A DNA stretch of 64,000 nt from Candidatus Brocadiales bacterium (GTDB lineage: Bacteria; Planctomycetota; Brocadiia; Brocadiales; Bathyanammoxibiaceae): contig JBHIBD010000001.1 of NCBI GenBank assembly GCA_046758865.1, forward strand, positions 7,443 to 71,442. The letters run 5' to 3'. The translations under genes were made by a program, and so were the position numbers. The notes beneath the pieces were generated by a model. The model searched no databases, was not told the DNA's origin, and saw only the letters and a program-made list of their open reading frames with translations. Shown here in pieces: positions 34,437 through 42,848 of this stretch; the stretch's first letter is position 1; every line of letters begins with the position of its first letter.

Positions 34437-35526
34437 TTCTCATCAGATGGAGTAACTTCTGCTTATAAATATCAAAAGTAAACTCACTTACTAACCTCTT
34501 ATGCCCTTCTTCACTCATCCTTTTTCTGGTAGTCTCATCTCCAAGAAGGCTTACTATCGCATTACCAATTGCTTCCACATTACCATACTCCACCAATACC
34601 CCTGTCTCTCCATCTTTTACCACTTCAGGTATTCCCCCTGCCCTGGCTCCTATACATGGTTTTTTAAACCACATAGCCTCTAAAAGGACATAGCCAAATC
34701 CTTCCTTTTTGCTGGGAAGTAAAAATACTTCACAAGCCTTGTAATAGCGTGGAAGTTCTTCATTGGAAACATACCCAGTAAATATTACGTGGTTACTTAC
34801 TCCCATCACTCTGCACAGAGATTTTAGCCACTTTACATCATCCCCTTTACCGACGATCACGTAATAAACATCAGGTAAAATTGGAAGAATCTTAGGCATA
34901 GCCATGATAACATGGGCAATCCCTTTATATCTTTCAGAGGGGTCAAGTCGAGATACTGTAAGAAGGATTCTACCTTTTGGGAAGGAAGGATTTATTGTTG
35001 GAGCCCCCCTATTGTCAGCAAAAGATGGGTCCAGGCAATTTGGTAAAATATGAATTTTATCTTTTGTTACACCATTTACGTCCGCCAATCTCTTGGCTGT
35101 GAATCGGCTTACAGAGAAAATAAAATCGGCATTACAAACCGATACCCGCTTAGCAAATGGAAGCGCCTCCCATGCTTCTATCCCGTGTACTATAATTCCA
35201 TATTTCAGTGCCGGTCTGAATATCTTATAAAGAAGCCCAAGAGGGGCCAGGCTTACATGGCCCAAAATAACTACATCTGCCTTAATACTTCTCAAGAGGC
35301 TTAGTAACACCATTTTAAACTTACTTCTTGCCATCCCTCGAAACGAGATGTCTTTAAAAAAACGTTGTTGACCTCTTGGTTTTGCAGAATCGTTTAGAGA
35401 TATAGCCTCTACTCTCATTCCATCTTCATGGTTAAGCTCTGATAAGGCCTTTAAAAAGACCCTATTCCAGAGTTGTATACCACCTGTTGACTCAAAGACC
35501 TCAGGAGCAATAACTAGGAGCCGCAT
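34423..35526 (-). CDS. glycosyltransferase family 4 (first gene of the minus-strand block)
   Basis: LPSKKEGFGYVLLEAMWFKKPCIGARAGGIPEVV. Confidence 0.85.
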   Translation of the reverse strand: MRLLVIAPEVFESTGGIQLWNRVFLKALSELNHEDGMRVEAISLNDSAKPRGQQRFFKDISFRGMARSKFKMVLLSLLRSIKADVVILGHVSLAPLGLLYKIFRPALKYGIIVHGIEAWEALPFAKRVSVCNADFIFSVSRFTAKRLADVNGVTKDKIHILPNCLDPSFADNRGAPTINPSFPKGRILLTVSRLDPSERYKGIAHVIMAMPKILPILPDVYYVIVGKGDDVKWLKSLCRVMGVSNHVIFTGYVSNEELPRYYKACEVFLLPSKKEGFGYVLLEAMWFKKPCIGARAGGIPEVVKDGETGVLVEYGNVEAIGNAIVSLLGDETTRKRMSEEGHKRLVSEFTFDIYKQKLLHLMRNVRG

Positions 35527-35978
35527 GTTAAATACGAACCGTCCTGACCAGTGATTCCCGCAATTAGAGCCTTCTTCAATTCAAAGATCTTCCTAGCACT
35601 GTTAGGGCCCAGGGCTTGGGCCAATTAGCCCCCTGCTTAAGGGAATCTGCCAAGAACCGTCTTACAAAATGACGCTTGAAGATAGAAGAACCAAAAAGAG
35701 ATTCCTCTATAAACCTCTTAGTTCCCCTTTTAGCCACAGGTCAAAAGGGAGTGTAAGGGTCATCTGAAAGATTACGCAAAGAAGTATCTTTAAAGGCATC
35801 TTCTAACTGATAACAACGCTTTTTAGAGAAACCCATTGAGGATACTACTAGATAGTGTTCCTGCCCAAGGGAAGTAATCATCTTATAAATCGTCTTGGGT
35901 GGAGGTATGGAGCTGCAAAGTAGGTAAAGTACTACGGCCTGAAGGTCTTGGTTCCTAAGGCTAGTGAAACACAAATTC

Positions 35979-36542
35979 TTACCCTCTAAGCCTCCAGCTC
36001 TGAAACATCTTCCTGAAGTCGCCAAGGTAGCCCTTAAAATCTTGCTGTTGTGTAACCCCTGTAAAGGAGTAGGCCTTATCTTTGACTACCGTAAGGAGCT
36101 GGATGAACTGGAGGGTATAATCTCCATCCGTGTAGGCATATATCAGCTCCTGCCATTCCGCACCGGCCTGGCTGACCCATCTTTCCAGGAAGAATTTTGT
36201 ATCTGGATACCTTGACCTTATCTGATTTTTTAGCTCCTCTGTGAGGTCTCCCAGGTCCTTTTCTGTATCAGAGACAAGGGCTATAAGGGTGGCCTGGAAC
36301 CCGGAAGGAGGGGTATTTGTGAAGACTACAAGGTCTTCTGCCTCCTGGGGGCTGATTTCCCAGCCCCCGAGGAGGGTAAATCTGAAATACTTACCCCTGT
36401 ACTCCTTTTCCTGTTTTTCTCCCTGTTGGGTCCCAGACAGATTAAATTTGAAGTACTCACTTCTGTATTTCTCTTGGTATTCCTGTGAAAAGGCCTGGAC
36501 AGGAACAAGGAATAAAACAAAGAGGAAGATGAGTTTCTTCAT
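35979..36542 (-). CDS. secreted hypothetical protein (187 aa)
   Basis: Signal peptide MKKLIFLFVLFLVPVQAFS. Internal echo KYRSEYFKFNLSG / EYRGKYFRFTLLGGW. Lies downstream of the 163-aa CarboxypepD_reg-like gene. Confidence 0.6.
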   Translation of the reverse strand: MKKLIFLFVLFLVPVQAFSQEYQEKYRSEYFKFNLSGTQQGEKQEKEYRGKYFRFTLLGGWEISPQEAEDLVVFTNTPPSGFQATLIALVSDTEKDLGDLTEELKNQIRSRYPDTKFFLERWVSQAGAEWQELIYAYTDGDYTLQFIQLLTVVKDKAYSFTGVTQQQDFKGYLGDFRKMFQSWRLRG

Positions 36543-36581
36543 AGCTGTTTTTAAAAGCCGATAGGGATATAGTTTTATGGG

Positions 36582-37073
36582 TTATGGAGATGCGACCCTA
36601 TCCTTGCCGCCGCCTCCGATGGCCCCGGTAGCAGCCGCAGCCCCTAACCCTACACCAGCAGCCGCAAGCACCCCAACTACTACATACACCCATTGACCAG
36701 GATGAGGTGACAAGAAGCCCTTGGTCTTACTCAGCTTTAGGCTCGTCTGCTTGCCTGTGGGGCTTAGCTGTACGTACTCACTGGCCTTATCCAAGCCATG
36801 AGCGGCCTGAATTCTGTAGGTCTTTCCAGCCTCAAGGCCCTTGAACTGGAAGCTCCCGTCTGGCCTAGTAGTTGTAGAGGCCGCCACTACATCAGTAGCT
36901 ACATCCACTGCCTCCACCTTTATTCCCCGCAGGGGCTTACCATCAATGCCCACCACAGTCCCGGTAATCTCTCCAGTGGTCTGGGCAAACAGGCTACTCG
37001 TTTGCCCTGCTACAGGAAACACAGCTGCTAACAGGACCAGACACCACACCAATACCTTTTTTGGTTTGAACAT
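36582..37073 (-). CDS. CarboxypepD_reg-like protein with signal peptide and Gly/Ala-rich C-terminal TM segment (paralog A, 163 aa)
   Basis: GEITGTVVGIDGKPLRGIKVEAVD...RPDGSFQFKGLEAGKTYRIQA fits the carboxypeptidase-regulatory-like fold pattern. C-terminus VYVVVGVLAAAGVGLGAAAATGAIGGGG. SD GGAG upstream. Confidence 0.75.
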   Translation of the reverse strand: MFKPKKVLVWCLVLLAAVFPVAGQTSSLFAQTTGEITGTVVGIDGKPLRGIKVEAVDVATDVVAASTTTRPDGSFQFKGLEAGKTYRIQAAHGLDKASEYVQLSPTGKQTSLKLSKTKGFLSPHPGQWVYVVVGVLAAAGVGLGAAAATGAIGGGGKDRVASP

Positions 37074-37128
37074 TTTGTGATTTCTCCTTTAGTTTGGATT
37101 TCCATTTTTTATGTGTTTATAGCGCCAA

Positions 37129-37193
37129 AGTTTACAGAAAAGAGAAAGAATGTCAAGAAAAAACTTGACATTACTACAAAAAAGGTTTATTTT
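37129..37193. promoter_or_regulatory. back-to-back divergent promoters sharing the palindrome TGTCAAG-A6-CTTGACA (37151..37170)
   Basis: Plus strand: TTGACA 37165..37170, 17 nt, TATTTT 37188..37193, reading toward wza-like 37327. Minus strand: TTGACA (complement of 37151..37156), 16 nt, TAAACT (complement of 37129..37134), reading toward 37073. Confidence 0.5.
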
Positions 37194-37237
37194 CGGGAAG
37201 ATATTGTAGTTCTATTTTTGTGCTCTTATAACACCAA

Positions 37238-37302
37238 AGTTTACATGAAGAAGAAATATTGTCAAGAAAAAACTTGATTCTACCAGAGAGAAGGTTTATT
37301 TT
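37238..37302. promoter_or_regulatory. second, slightly degenerate copy of the divergent promoter cassette
   Basis: TGTCAAG-A6-CTTGATT at 37260..37279. Plus strand: TTGATT, 17 nt, TATTTT (37297..37302). Minus strand: TTGACA, 16 nt, TAAACT (37238..37243). Confidence 0.4.
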
Positions 37303-37326
37303 TGAGAAGATGTTAGGTAGCTCAAG

Positions 37327-38424
37327 ATGTTTCTAAGAAACGGTGTTCTTACAACTCTCATAATAGTTATCTTGGCCTCAGGCTGCGTAGAGGAGTCAAA
37401 GAAGCTGTCTCCCCCCAAGGCCCTGAATAACCCCTCTAAAAATCTTTCTACCCATCCACAATGGAGATATCTGTCTTCTCAATACATGGACAGTAATTAC
37501 ACTATCGGCCCGGAGGATCTCCTAAACATAACAGTCTTCGGGGCGGAGGAGTTTAACCGGGAGGTGAGGGTAAACCATAAGGGCAGCTTTACCTTCCCCC
37601 TAATAGGTTCCGTCTATGCCGAAGGCCGCACTGTGGAACAACTGGAGCAGGCCCTAGCCAGCATGCTCTCTGAGAAATACCTCAAGGACCCCCAGGTGAG
37701 CGTCTTTGTGGAGCAGTACAAGAGTAAGAAGGTGGCCATAGTAGGCCATGTGGTAAATCCACAGATAGTAAAGCTAACAAGGAACAGGAGCACCCTCTTT
37801 GAAGTACTGGGCATGGTGGGGGGACTAGGGGAAAAGGCGGGTAAGGTAATATATGTCATCAGGCCCGCAGAGGTGGTCATGTCCACCTTGAGGGAGGCCA
37901 GGGCTGGTCAGGACCTCGGTCAAGCGTTTCTTAACGGAGGACAGGATGAAGAAATAATAGCCAGAATCAGAGATGAGGTTATACCAATAAACGTAGTTGA
38001 GCTTATGGAATATAGAAATCCCATGAGCAATATGGAGATAATGCCTGGCGATATAATAAGCGTGCCCCAAGGGGAATATTTCTTTATCCTGGGGGAGGTG
38101 AATAAGCCTGGGGCCTACGCCACGAGGGAGGGGCTCACTGCCTTGCAGGCAATCTCCTTCGGGGGCAAATTCTCCCCCATTGCCAAGTACAAAGATGTGA
38201 GGCTCCTGCGGAGACAACCTGCCGGAGAGGTTCAAATAGCCTCTCTTAATATAAAGAAGATAGCAAAAGGGGAGGAGGAGGACATCCTTATTGAGCCTGG
38301 GGACGTCCTGCTGGTAGGCAAAAGCACCCTTAAGACAGTTGCATTGCAGGCCGCACAGGTAGCAAACGTGGCCCTGAACGCCTTCACCAACGCCTATGCC
38401 TGGGATTTTATAACAAAGGATTAA
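37327..38424 (+). CDS. outer-membrane polysaccharide export protein (Wza/OPX family: Poly_export + SLBB)
   Basis: Lipoprotein-like signal (ILASGC). YTIGPEDLLNITVFG and PLIGSVYAEGRTVEQLEQALASML...DPQVSVFV fit Poly_export. GDIISVP and GDVLLV are SLBB-like. Confidence 0.85.
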   Translation: MFLRNGVLTTLIIVILASGCVEESKKLSPPKALNNPSKNLSTHPQWRYLSSQYMDSNYTIGPEDLLNITVFGAEEFNREVRVNHKGSFTFPLIGSVYAEGRTVEQLEQALASMLSEKYLKDPQVSVFVEQYKSKKVAIVGHVVNPQIVKLTRNRSTLFEVLGMVGGLGEKAGKVIYVIRPAEVVMSTLREARAGQDLGQAFLNGGQDEEIIARIRDEVIPINVVELMEYRNPMSNMEIMPGDIISVPQGEYFFILGEVNKPGAYATREGLTALQAISFGGKFSPIAKYKDVRLLRRQPAGEVQIASLNIKKIAKGEEEDILIEPGDVLLVGKSTLKTVALQAAQVANVALNAFTNAYAWDFITKD

Positions 38425-38699
38425 GGGTGGAGTGGAGATTGGCTGTATGAAGTTGAGAGTGATCTACAATATGTCTGAAATGATCATAGAAAGTGAACAA
38501 CAGAAGGTTATCGTCACATACACCGATGAACCGATGAAAGGAGGAAAGAAAGGCTCGCCAGAACTGTAACCGTTAAGATATGAATACAGTGGGTATTGTT
38601 GGACCACAGCCAAGATTTGATGCCTGATTGCCGGAGGCAAGCCTTATCATCTAAACTAGAGTCCCCAATATATCCTTACTAAGCAGTGACTCTTTTCTT

Positions 38700-40187
38700 A
38701 TGGAATCCCAAGAGAAGTCCAAAGAAGGTTATTACCCAATAGCTCCACCCCCTCCTGCGGAAGAGGAGGAGATGCACCTGCTCGACTACTTGCGGGTGGT
38801 CCTTAGGAGGCTATGGATACTGGTCACCTTCTTCTGCGTCACGGTGGTTACCGCTACCATTTACACCTTCCTCCAGACCCCCATCTACCAGGCAGTCTGC
38901 ACCATCAGCATCTTTAGGGAGGAGCCGAAGATACTCACCAAGAAAATTGAAAAGATACTGCCCTTCAGGGCCTGGGGCCAGGAGGATTTAATAAGGACCG
39001 AGTGCGCGGTAATCAAGAGCCGGGCTGTAGCCACTAGAGTCATCAAGAGACTAAACCTCGACCTCCATCCGGAATTCGCTGAAGGGACCCCAAGCATACC
39101 CGGTAGAGAAATCAACCCCCCTAAGGAGGGTTCCTCTCCATACCATCCCCTGGCAATGGCCATCCTGGGTAGATTAGAGGTAGACCCTACCCGCCTGAGC
39201 CAAATTGTTAAGATAAAATTCCAGAGCAAGTACCCCCGGCTTTCGGCCCAGGTTGCTAACGCCTTTGCTGAGGAGTACATCCAGCAAGACCTGGAAAAGC
39301 AGGCGTTCCTCTCCGGAGATGTCTCCGTAGACCTCTCTCTGCAGCTAGTGGAATACAAAGACAAGCTGGAGAAATCTGAAAAAAAGCTCTACGCCTACGC
39401 CAAGGAGCATAATGTCGTGGACCTGGGGGAAAAGGAGAACCTTTTCACGAGGAAGATAATCGCGATGGACAACCAGCTTAGCAAGGCAGTGGCCGACCGC
39501 ATAAAGGCAGAGAGCCGCTACCTCCAGTCCCAGCGGGGCAATCCAGGCTTTCTGCCTGAGGCCCTCGAATCATCGGTCATAAGCAATCTTGAGCTCCGGT
39601 ATGCCGAGGCCAACTCAGAGTATCTGCGGGAACTTGAGAGGGTGAAGCCCCAACACCCCGAGGCCATCCAGCTCAAGGCCAAGCTGGAGACCATAAACAA
39701 GGCCCTGAGGAACGAGACGCAGAAGATTTCGGCCAGCATAAGGGACGAATATCAGGAGGCGGTGGAGAGGGAGAAAAATTTCAGGGAACAACTGAATGAC
39801 CTCTTCACCCAGAAGCAGGCCCTGGAAGGTAAGCTGGTGGAGTACAGGATGCTCAAAAGGGATGTCGACACCAACGCCCAGCTTTATAACCACTTACTCA
39901 AGAGGATGAAGGAGACTGCACTTTCTTCTGAGGTAACTTCTGGGACAAGGACTGCCAACATTCAGATTTTAGAGAAGGCAGAGGTACCCAAGACACCCTA
40001 CAGGCCCAGGAAGAAGCTGAATATCCTTCTCAGCGTGATAGTGGGCCTGACCATGGGCACCGGATTATGTTTCTTTATTGAGTATCTGGACAAGAGCGTC
40101 AAAACCCAGGAAGATATTGAGAGGCGCATAGGCCTGGTCTGCCTGGGCGCTATACCCAACATCAAACATGCCCCCAGTAAGAGATAA
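38700..40187 (+). CDS. polysaccharide co-polymerase / chain-length determinant (Wzz-GumC type, kinase on a separate polypeptide)
   Basis: N-terminal TM after LLDYLRVVLRRLW, a long coiled-coil periplasmic region, and a C-terminal PRKKLNILLSVIVGLTMGTGLCFFIEYLD segment. Confidence 0.85.
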   Translation: MESQEKSKEGYYPIAPPPPAEEEEMHLLDYLRVVLRRLWILVTFFCVTVVTATIYTFLQTPIYQAVCTISIFREEPKILTKKIEKILPFRAWGQEDLIRTECAVIKSRAVATRVIKRLNLDLHPEFAEGTPSIPGREINPPKEGSSPYHPLAMAILGRLEVDPTRLSQIVKIKFQSKYPRLSAQVANAFAEEYIQQDLEKQAFLSGDVSVDLSLQLVEYKDKLEKSEKKLYAYAKEHNVVDLGEKENLFTRKIIAMDNQLSKAVADRIKAESRYLQSQRGNPGFLPEALESSVISNLELRYAEANSEYLRELERVKPQHPEAIQLKAKLETINKALRNETQKISASIRDEYQEAVEREKNFREQLNDLFTQKQALEGKLVEYRMLKRDVDTNAQLYNHLLKRMKETALSSEVTSGTRTANIQILEKAEVPKTPYRPRKKLNILLSVIVGLTMGTGLCFFIEYLDKSVKTQEDIERRIGLVCLGAIPNIKHAPSKR

Positions 40188-40947
40188 TACTAATCCCTAC
40201 TTAATTGCCCAGCAAATGCCTAATTCGTTGGTGGCAGAATCCTTCCGTTCTATCCGCACCCATCTCCTTTTTTCTTCCCCAGACGTCCAGCTCCGTACCC
40301 TCATTATAACCGCCGCCCGCGCCGAAGAGGGGAAGACCTTCACCACCCTAAACCTGGGGACAGCGATCGCCCAGGCGGGAAAGAGTGTGCTCCTGGTAGA
40401 GGCAGATATGCGACGACCTAGTTTCTCAAAGCTCTTTTCCCTGGGGACGCCCGGGAAGACCTTTGGGCTCTCAAGCCTTGTAATGAAGAGGTGCCGGCCA
40501 GAGGAGGTGATAATAAAAATGCCTAAGAACGACCATATGGCCGTACTACCCTGCGGACCCAAGCCACCTAACCCCTCGGAGCTCCTAAGCTCAAAGAGCA
40601 TGGATGCAGTGATAGCTGAACTGAGGGAGAGGTTTGATATAGTATTGATGGATTGCCCTCCTGTGCTCGGCCTGGCCGATGCAAGGGTTCTCTCTACTAA
40701 GGTAGATGGTTGTTTGGTAGTTATTAGACACCACAAGACCTCCCTGAAGGACGTTACCAAGACAAAGGAGTCCATCCAGGCGATAGGGGGACGCATAGTG
40801 GGGGCCATATTAAACCGCGTAAAACCAGAGCCCTTTGGCTACTATTACGGCGGCTACCCCTACTATAGCTACCATCATGATGAGGCAAAGGAAGGAAAGA
40901 AAAAGGGGGTTAAGAAACGGTTCTGGCGGAAAAAGACGAAGTCATGA
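40168..40947 (+). CDS. BY-kinase (CpsD/CapB-type tyrosine autokinase) with C-terminal Tyr cluster
   Basis: Walker A ARAEEGKTFTTLNL, Walker A' LLVEADMRRP, Walker B IVLMDCPP, and a tail FGYYYGGYPYYSYHH. Confidence 0.85.
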   Translation: MPPVRDNTNPYLIAQQMPNSLVAESFRSIRTHLLFSSPDVQLRTLIITAARAEEGKTFTTLNLGTAIAQAGKSVLLVEADMRRPSFSKLFSLGTPGKTFGLSSLVMKRCRPEEVIIKMPKNDHMAVLPCGPKPPNPSELLSSKSMDAVIAELRERFDIVLMDCPPVLGLADARVLSTKVDGCLVVIRHHKTSLKDVTKTKESIQAIGGRIVGAILNRVKPEPFGYYYGGYPYYSYHHDEAKEGKKKGVKKRFWRKKTKS

Positions 40948-41300
40948 GGAAATCTACCATTAAATTTACCTATGAAGACTACCTGCACCCGCCGGCAGAT
41001 GGGAGGTATGAGCTCATAGAGGGGGAGCTTTTTACGGTACCTGCACCGGAGACTTACCATCAGAAGGTCCTAGGGGATTTAGAATTTATCCTCTGGAGTT
41101 ATGTGAGAGAAAAGGGTCCAGGTGGGATTTATGTTGCCCCAACTGACGTAGCCCTCTCTGAGGAGGACGTAGTACAGCCACATATCCTTTTTATCTGCAA
41201 GGGCAGGTAAAGAACATCAAGGGTGTTCCCAATCTGGCGGTGGAGAGAGTCTCGATCCCTTGTAGACTGCAAAGAAGGGAAAAACGTCTCCCCAGGCCTG
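40944..41300 (+). pseudogene. Uma2-family (DUF820) endonuclease pseudogene
   Basis: YELIEGELFTVPAPETYHQ...VAPTDVALSEEDVVQPHILFI matches the Uma2 N-terminal half. The 88-aa ORF stops early. The next conserved block (KGVPNLAVERVS, compare gaPDLvvEvlS) continues in another frame, and the C-terminus is degenerate. Confidence 0.6.
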
Positions 41301-41367
41301 AATCTCCTTAGTTCCCTATGGTGGAATTAAAACAGAGCCTGGCCAATCTTTCCGGGCAGCATAACTC

Positions 41368-42819
41368 ATGAAACAAAAGTTTACGGATTTATGTGAGTAC
41401 ATCATAACAGGGGGTGTCATTTTCCTTGTAATCTTTGCGCCCATATTTTATGGGGGTTTCCAGGTATGGGCCTACTCAGTGATTGAATTCGTTATTATAT
41501 TTCTCCTTCTAATATGGGTGGGCAAGCTGGTGGCGGGCTTGCTTAGTAAATCGCGCAGGGCAAGGTCTGAAGGTACGTCTTTAAATCCCTTGGGCCTGGT
41601 AAAGAATCCATTAAACCTCCCGATATGTATCTTTATAGGATTTATGCTCTTTCAAATGACGCCCCTTCCAGAAAGGATGCTAAAGAATATATCCCCTAAA
41701 ACATACGAACTCTACAGGGATTCCTTAATAGAAGGCCCTGCGGCCTATGATAATGGGGCCTCTGAGGCTCCCAGCCGACCTGCTATATGGAGGCCCCTCA
41801 GCCTTTACTCTCATGCTACGAGGACAGAGACCCTAAAGATTTTAAGCTGTATGGGTTTGTTCCTCCTTATTGTGAATAATTTTAGAAAGGTATGGCAGAT
41901 AAATCTCTTGGTGATCGCAATCGTTGCCCTGGGCTTCCTGGAGGCGGTCTTTGGGCTGGTTCAATATCTTGCAGGGGAGTCCCTGTGGATTTTCAGAAAC
42001 TCGGGAAGGGCCAATGGCACGTACATAAACCCCAACCACTTCTGTGGCTACCTGGAGATGGTTGTACCCCTGGGCCTGGGCCTCTGGGCCTATCAAACCT
42101 GGGGAGTCAGAGAAGCCCAGGGTACACCTCCACGGTGGAAAGACCCAAAGGGATTATTACTGGGTTATAGTATCATGGTCACCTCAGCCGCCCTCATAAT
42201 GTCGCAGTCCAGGACAGGTATTGGGGCCTTCCTGGCCGTTATTATAGGCTTCGCACTTTATGCCTCTCTTCGGGGTAGATTGAGGAAATGGAAGATCATC
42301 TCCATAGGGGCATGGTCGGGTCTTGCAACACTATTCTTTATATGGATAGGGCTCCAGCCCGTTATCCAACGTTTCCAGGGGAGTATATTTACAGATGAAC
42401 GCCCCTTGCTCTGGGCAGATACATGCAGGCTTTTCCTAGACTTTCCTGTTTTTGGGACGGGCCTGGCAACCTTTATAAACACCTTTCCCCAATATCAAAG
42501 TGTAGAGAAATACTATATTTACGATTATACGCACAATGATTATCTACAGCTCTTGGCGGAAGGTGGGACAATAGGGTTTTTAATAGTATTAACCGGGGCC
42601 GTGCTCTTCCTCCAAAAGACCCTCCGGGATTGGCTCCACAGCACTGGTCCTCTAGCCAGGTGGATAGGACTGGGGAGCCTGCTGGGCATACTTGCCCTCT
42701 TGTTACACAGTATTGCAGATTTTAATATGCATATCCCTTCAAATGCCATGTTATTCGCAACTTTACTGGCCATAGCATGGACAAGTGTACATCTCCCACA
42801 CGAAGGAGTTGCAGACTGA
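41368..42819 (+). CDS. O-antigen ligase/polymerase-family membrane protein (Wzy_C domain)
   Basis: SQSRTGIGAFLAV and YTHNDYLQLLAEGGTIGFLIVL are characteristic of Wzy_C. About 10-12 TM segments. Confidence 0.8.
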   Translation: MKQKFTDLCEYIITGGVIFLVIFAPIFYGGFQVWAYSVIEFVIIFLLLIWVGKLVAGLLSKSRRARSEGTSLNPLGLVKNPLNLPICIFIGFMLFQMTPLPERMLKNISPKTYELYRDSLIEGPAAYDNGASEAPSRPAIWRPLSLYSHATRTETLKILSCMGLFLLIVNNFRKVWQINLLVIAIVALGFLEAVFGLVQYLAGESLWIFRNSGRANGTYINPNHFCGYLEMVVPLGLGLWAYQTWGVREAQGTPPRWKDPKGLLLGYSIMVTSAALIMSQSRTGIGAFLAVIIGFALYASLRGRLRKWKIISIGAWSGLATLFFIWIGLQPVIQRFQGSIFTDERPLLWADTCRLFLDFPVFGTGLATFINTFPQYQSVEKYYIYDYTHNDYLQLLAEGGTIGFLIVLTGAVLFLQKTLRDWLHSTGPLARWIGLGSLLGILALLLHSIADFNMHIPSNAMLFATLLAIAWTSVHLPHEGVAD

Positions 42820-42848
42820 AGCAACCTTAAGAGGACGAAGTTTATGAT

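Larger units (their letters stand above)
37117..37320. repeat. two tandem copies (period 109 bp) of a promoter-bearing unit
   Basis: Copy 1 at 37117..37209 and copy 2 at 37226..37320. Shared blocks are CCAAAGTTTACA, TGTCAAGAAAAAACTTGA and AAGGTTTATTTT. Confidence 0.8.

Noticed and set aside
35631-35655. Sigma-54-like TGGCAG...AAGCA on the minus strand upstream of the big operon.
   Set aside because: The GG-to-GC spacing is about 3 nt too long for the -24/-12 consensus (TGGCAC-N5-TTGCW).
35741-36025. 94-aa ORF in the 450-bp gap upstream of the minus-strand operon.
   Set aside because: It overlaps the 3' end of the signal-peptide gene 35979..36542, and has no motifs and an odd composition. 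The gap may contain another decayed gene, but I could not identify it.
36582-36680. C-terminal tails of the 163-aa proteins as PEP-CTERM/exosortase sorting signals.
   Set aside because: There is no PEP (or similar) motif before the hydrophobic segment, no basic cluster after it in copy B, and no exosortase gene in the window.
37077-37277. 66-aa plus-strand ORF across the divergent intergenic region.
   Set aside because: It runs through the 109-bp tandem promoter repeat, is very AT-rich with Lys/Phe composition, has no SD, and is better explained as regulatory DNA.
37117-37320. Possible CRISPR-like or other interspaced repeat array.
   Set aside because: There are only two copies, 109-bp units with no unique spacers, and the content is promoter-like. 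I noticed no CRISPR array anywhere in the window.
38447-38569. 40-codon ORF (MKLRVIYNMSEMIIESEQQKVIVTYTDEPMKGGKKGSPEL) in the 275-bp wza-wzz spacer.
   Set aside because: No SD, no hydrophobic or Cys pattern, no recognisable family. I cannot distinguish it from chance, so it is left unannotated.
40197-40808. 203-aa ORF antisense to the BY-kinase gene. Many similar long antisense ORFs appear in the track (for example 804..1022, 5845..6324, 9949..10353, 27757..28272, 30809..31333, 38885..39364).
   Set aside because: Each lies opposite a gene with strong family motifs. They have Ser/Pro/Arg-rich, low-complexity composition typical of shadow frames and no motifs of their own.
40168-40947. Absence of a cognate Wzb-type phosphotyrosine phosphatase next to the BY-kinase, considered as an anomaly.
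   Set aside because: Phosphatase genes are often encoded elsewhere or outside such operons, so absence from a 64-kb window is not informative.
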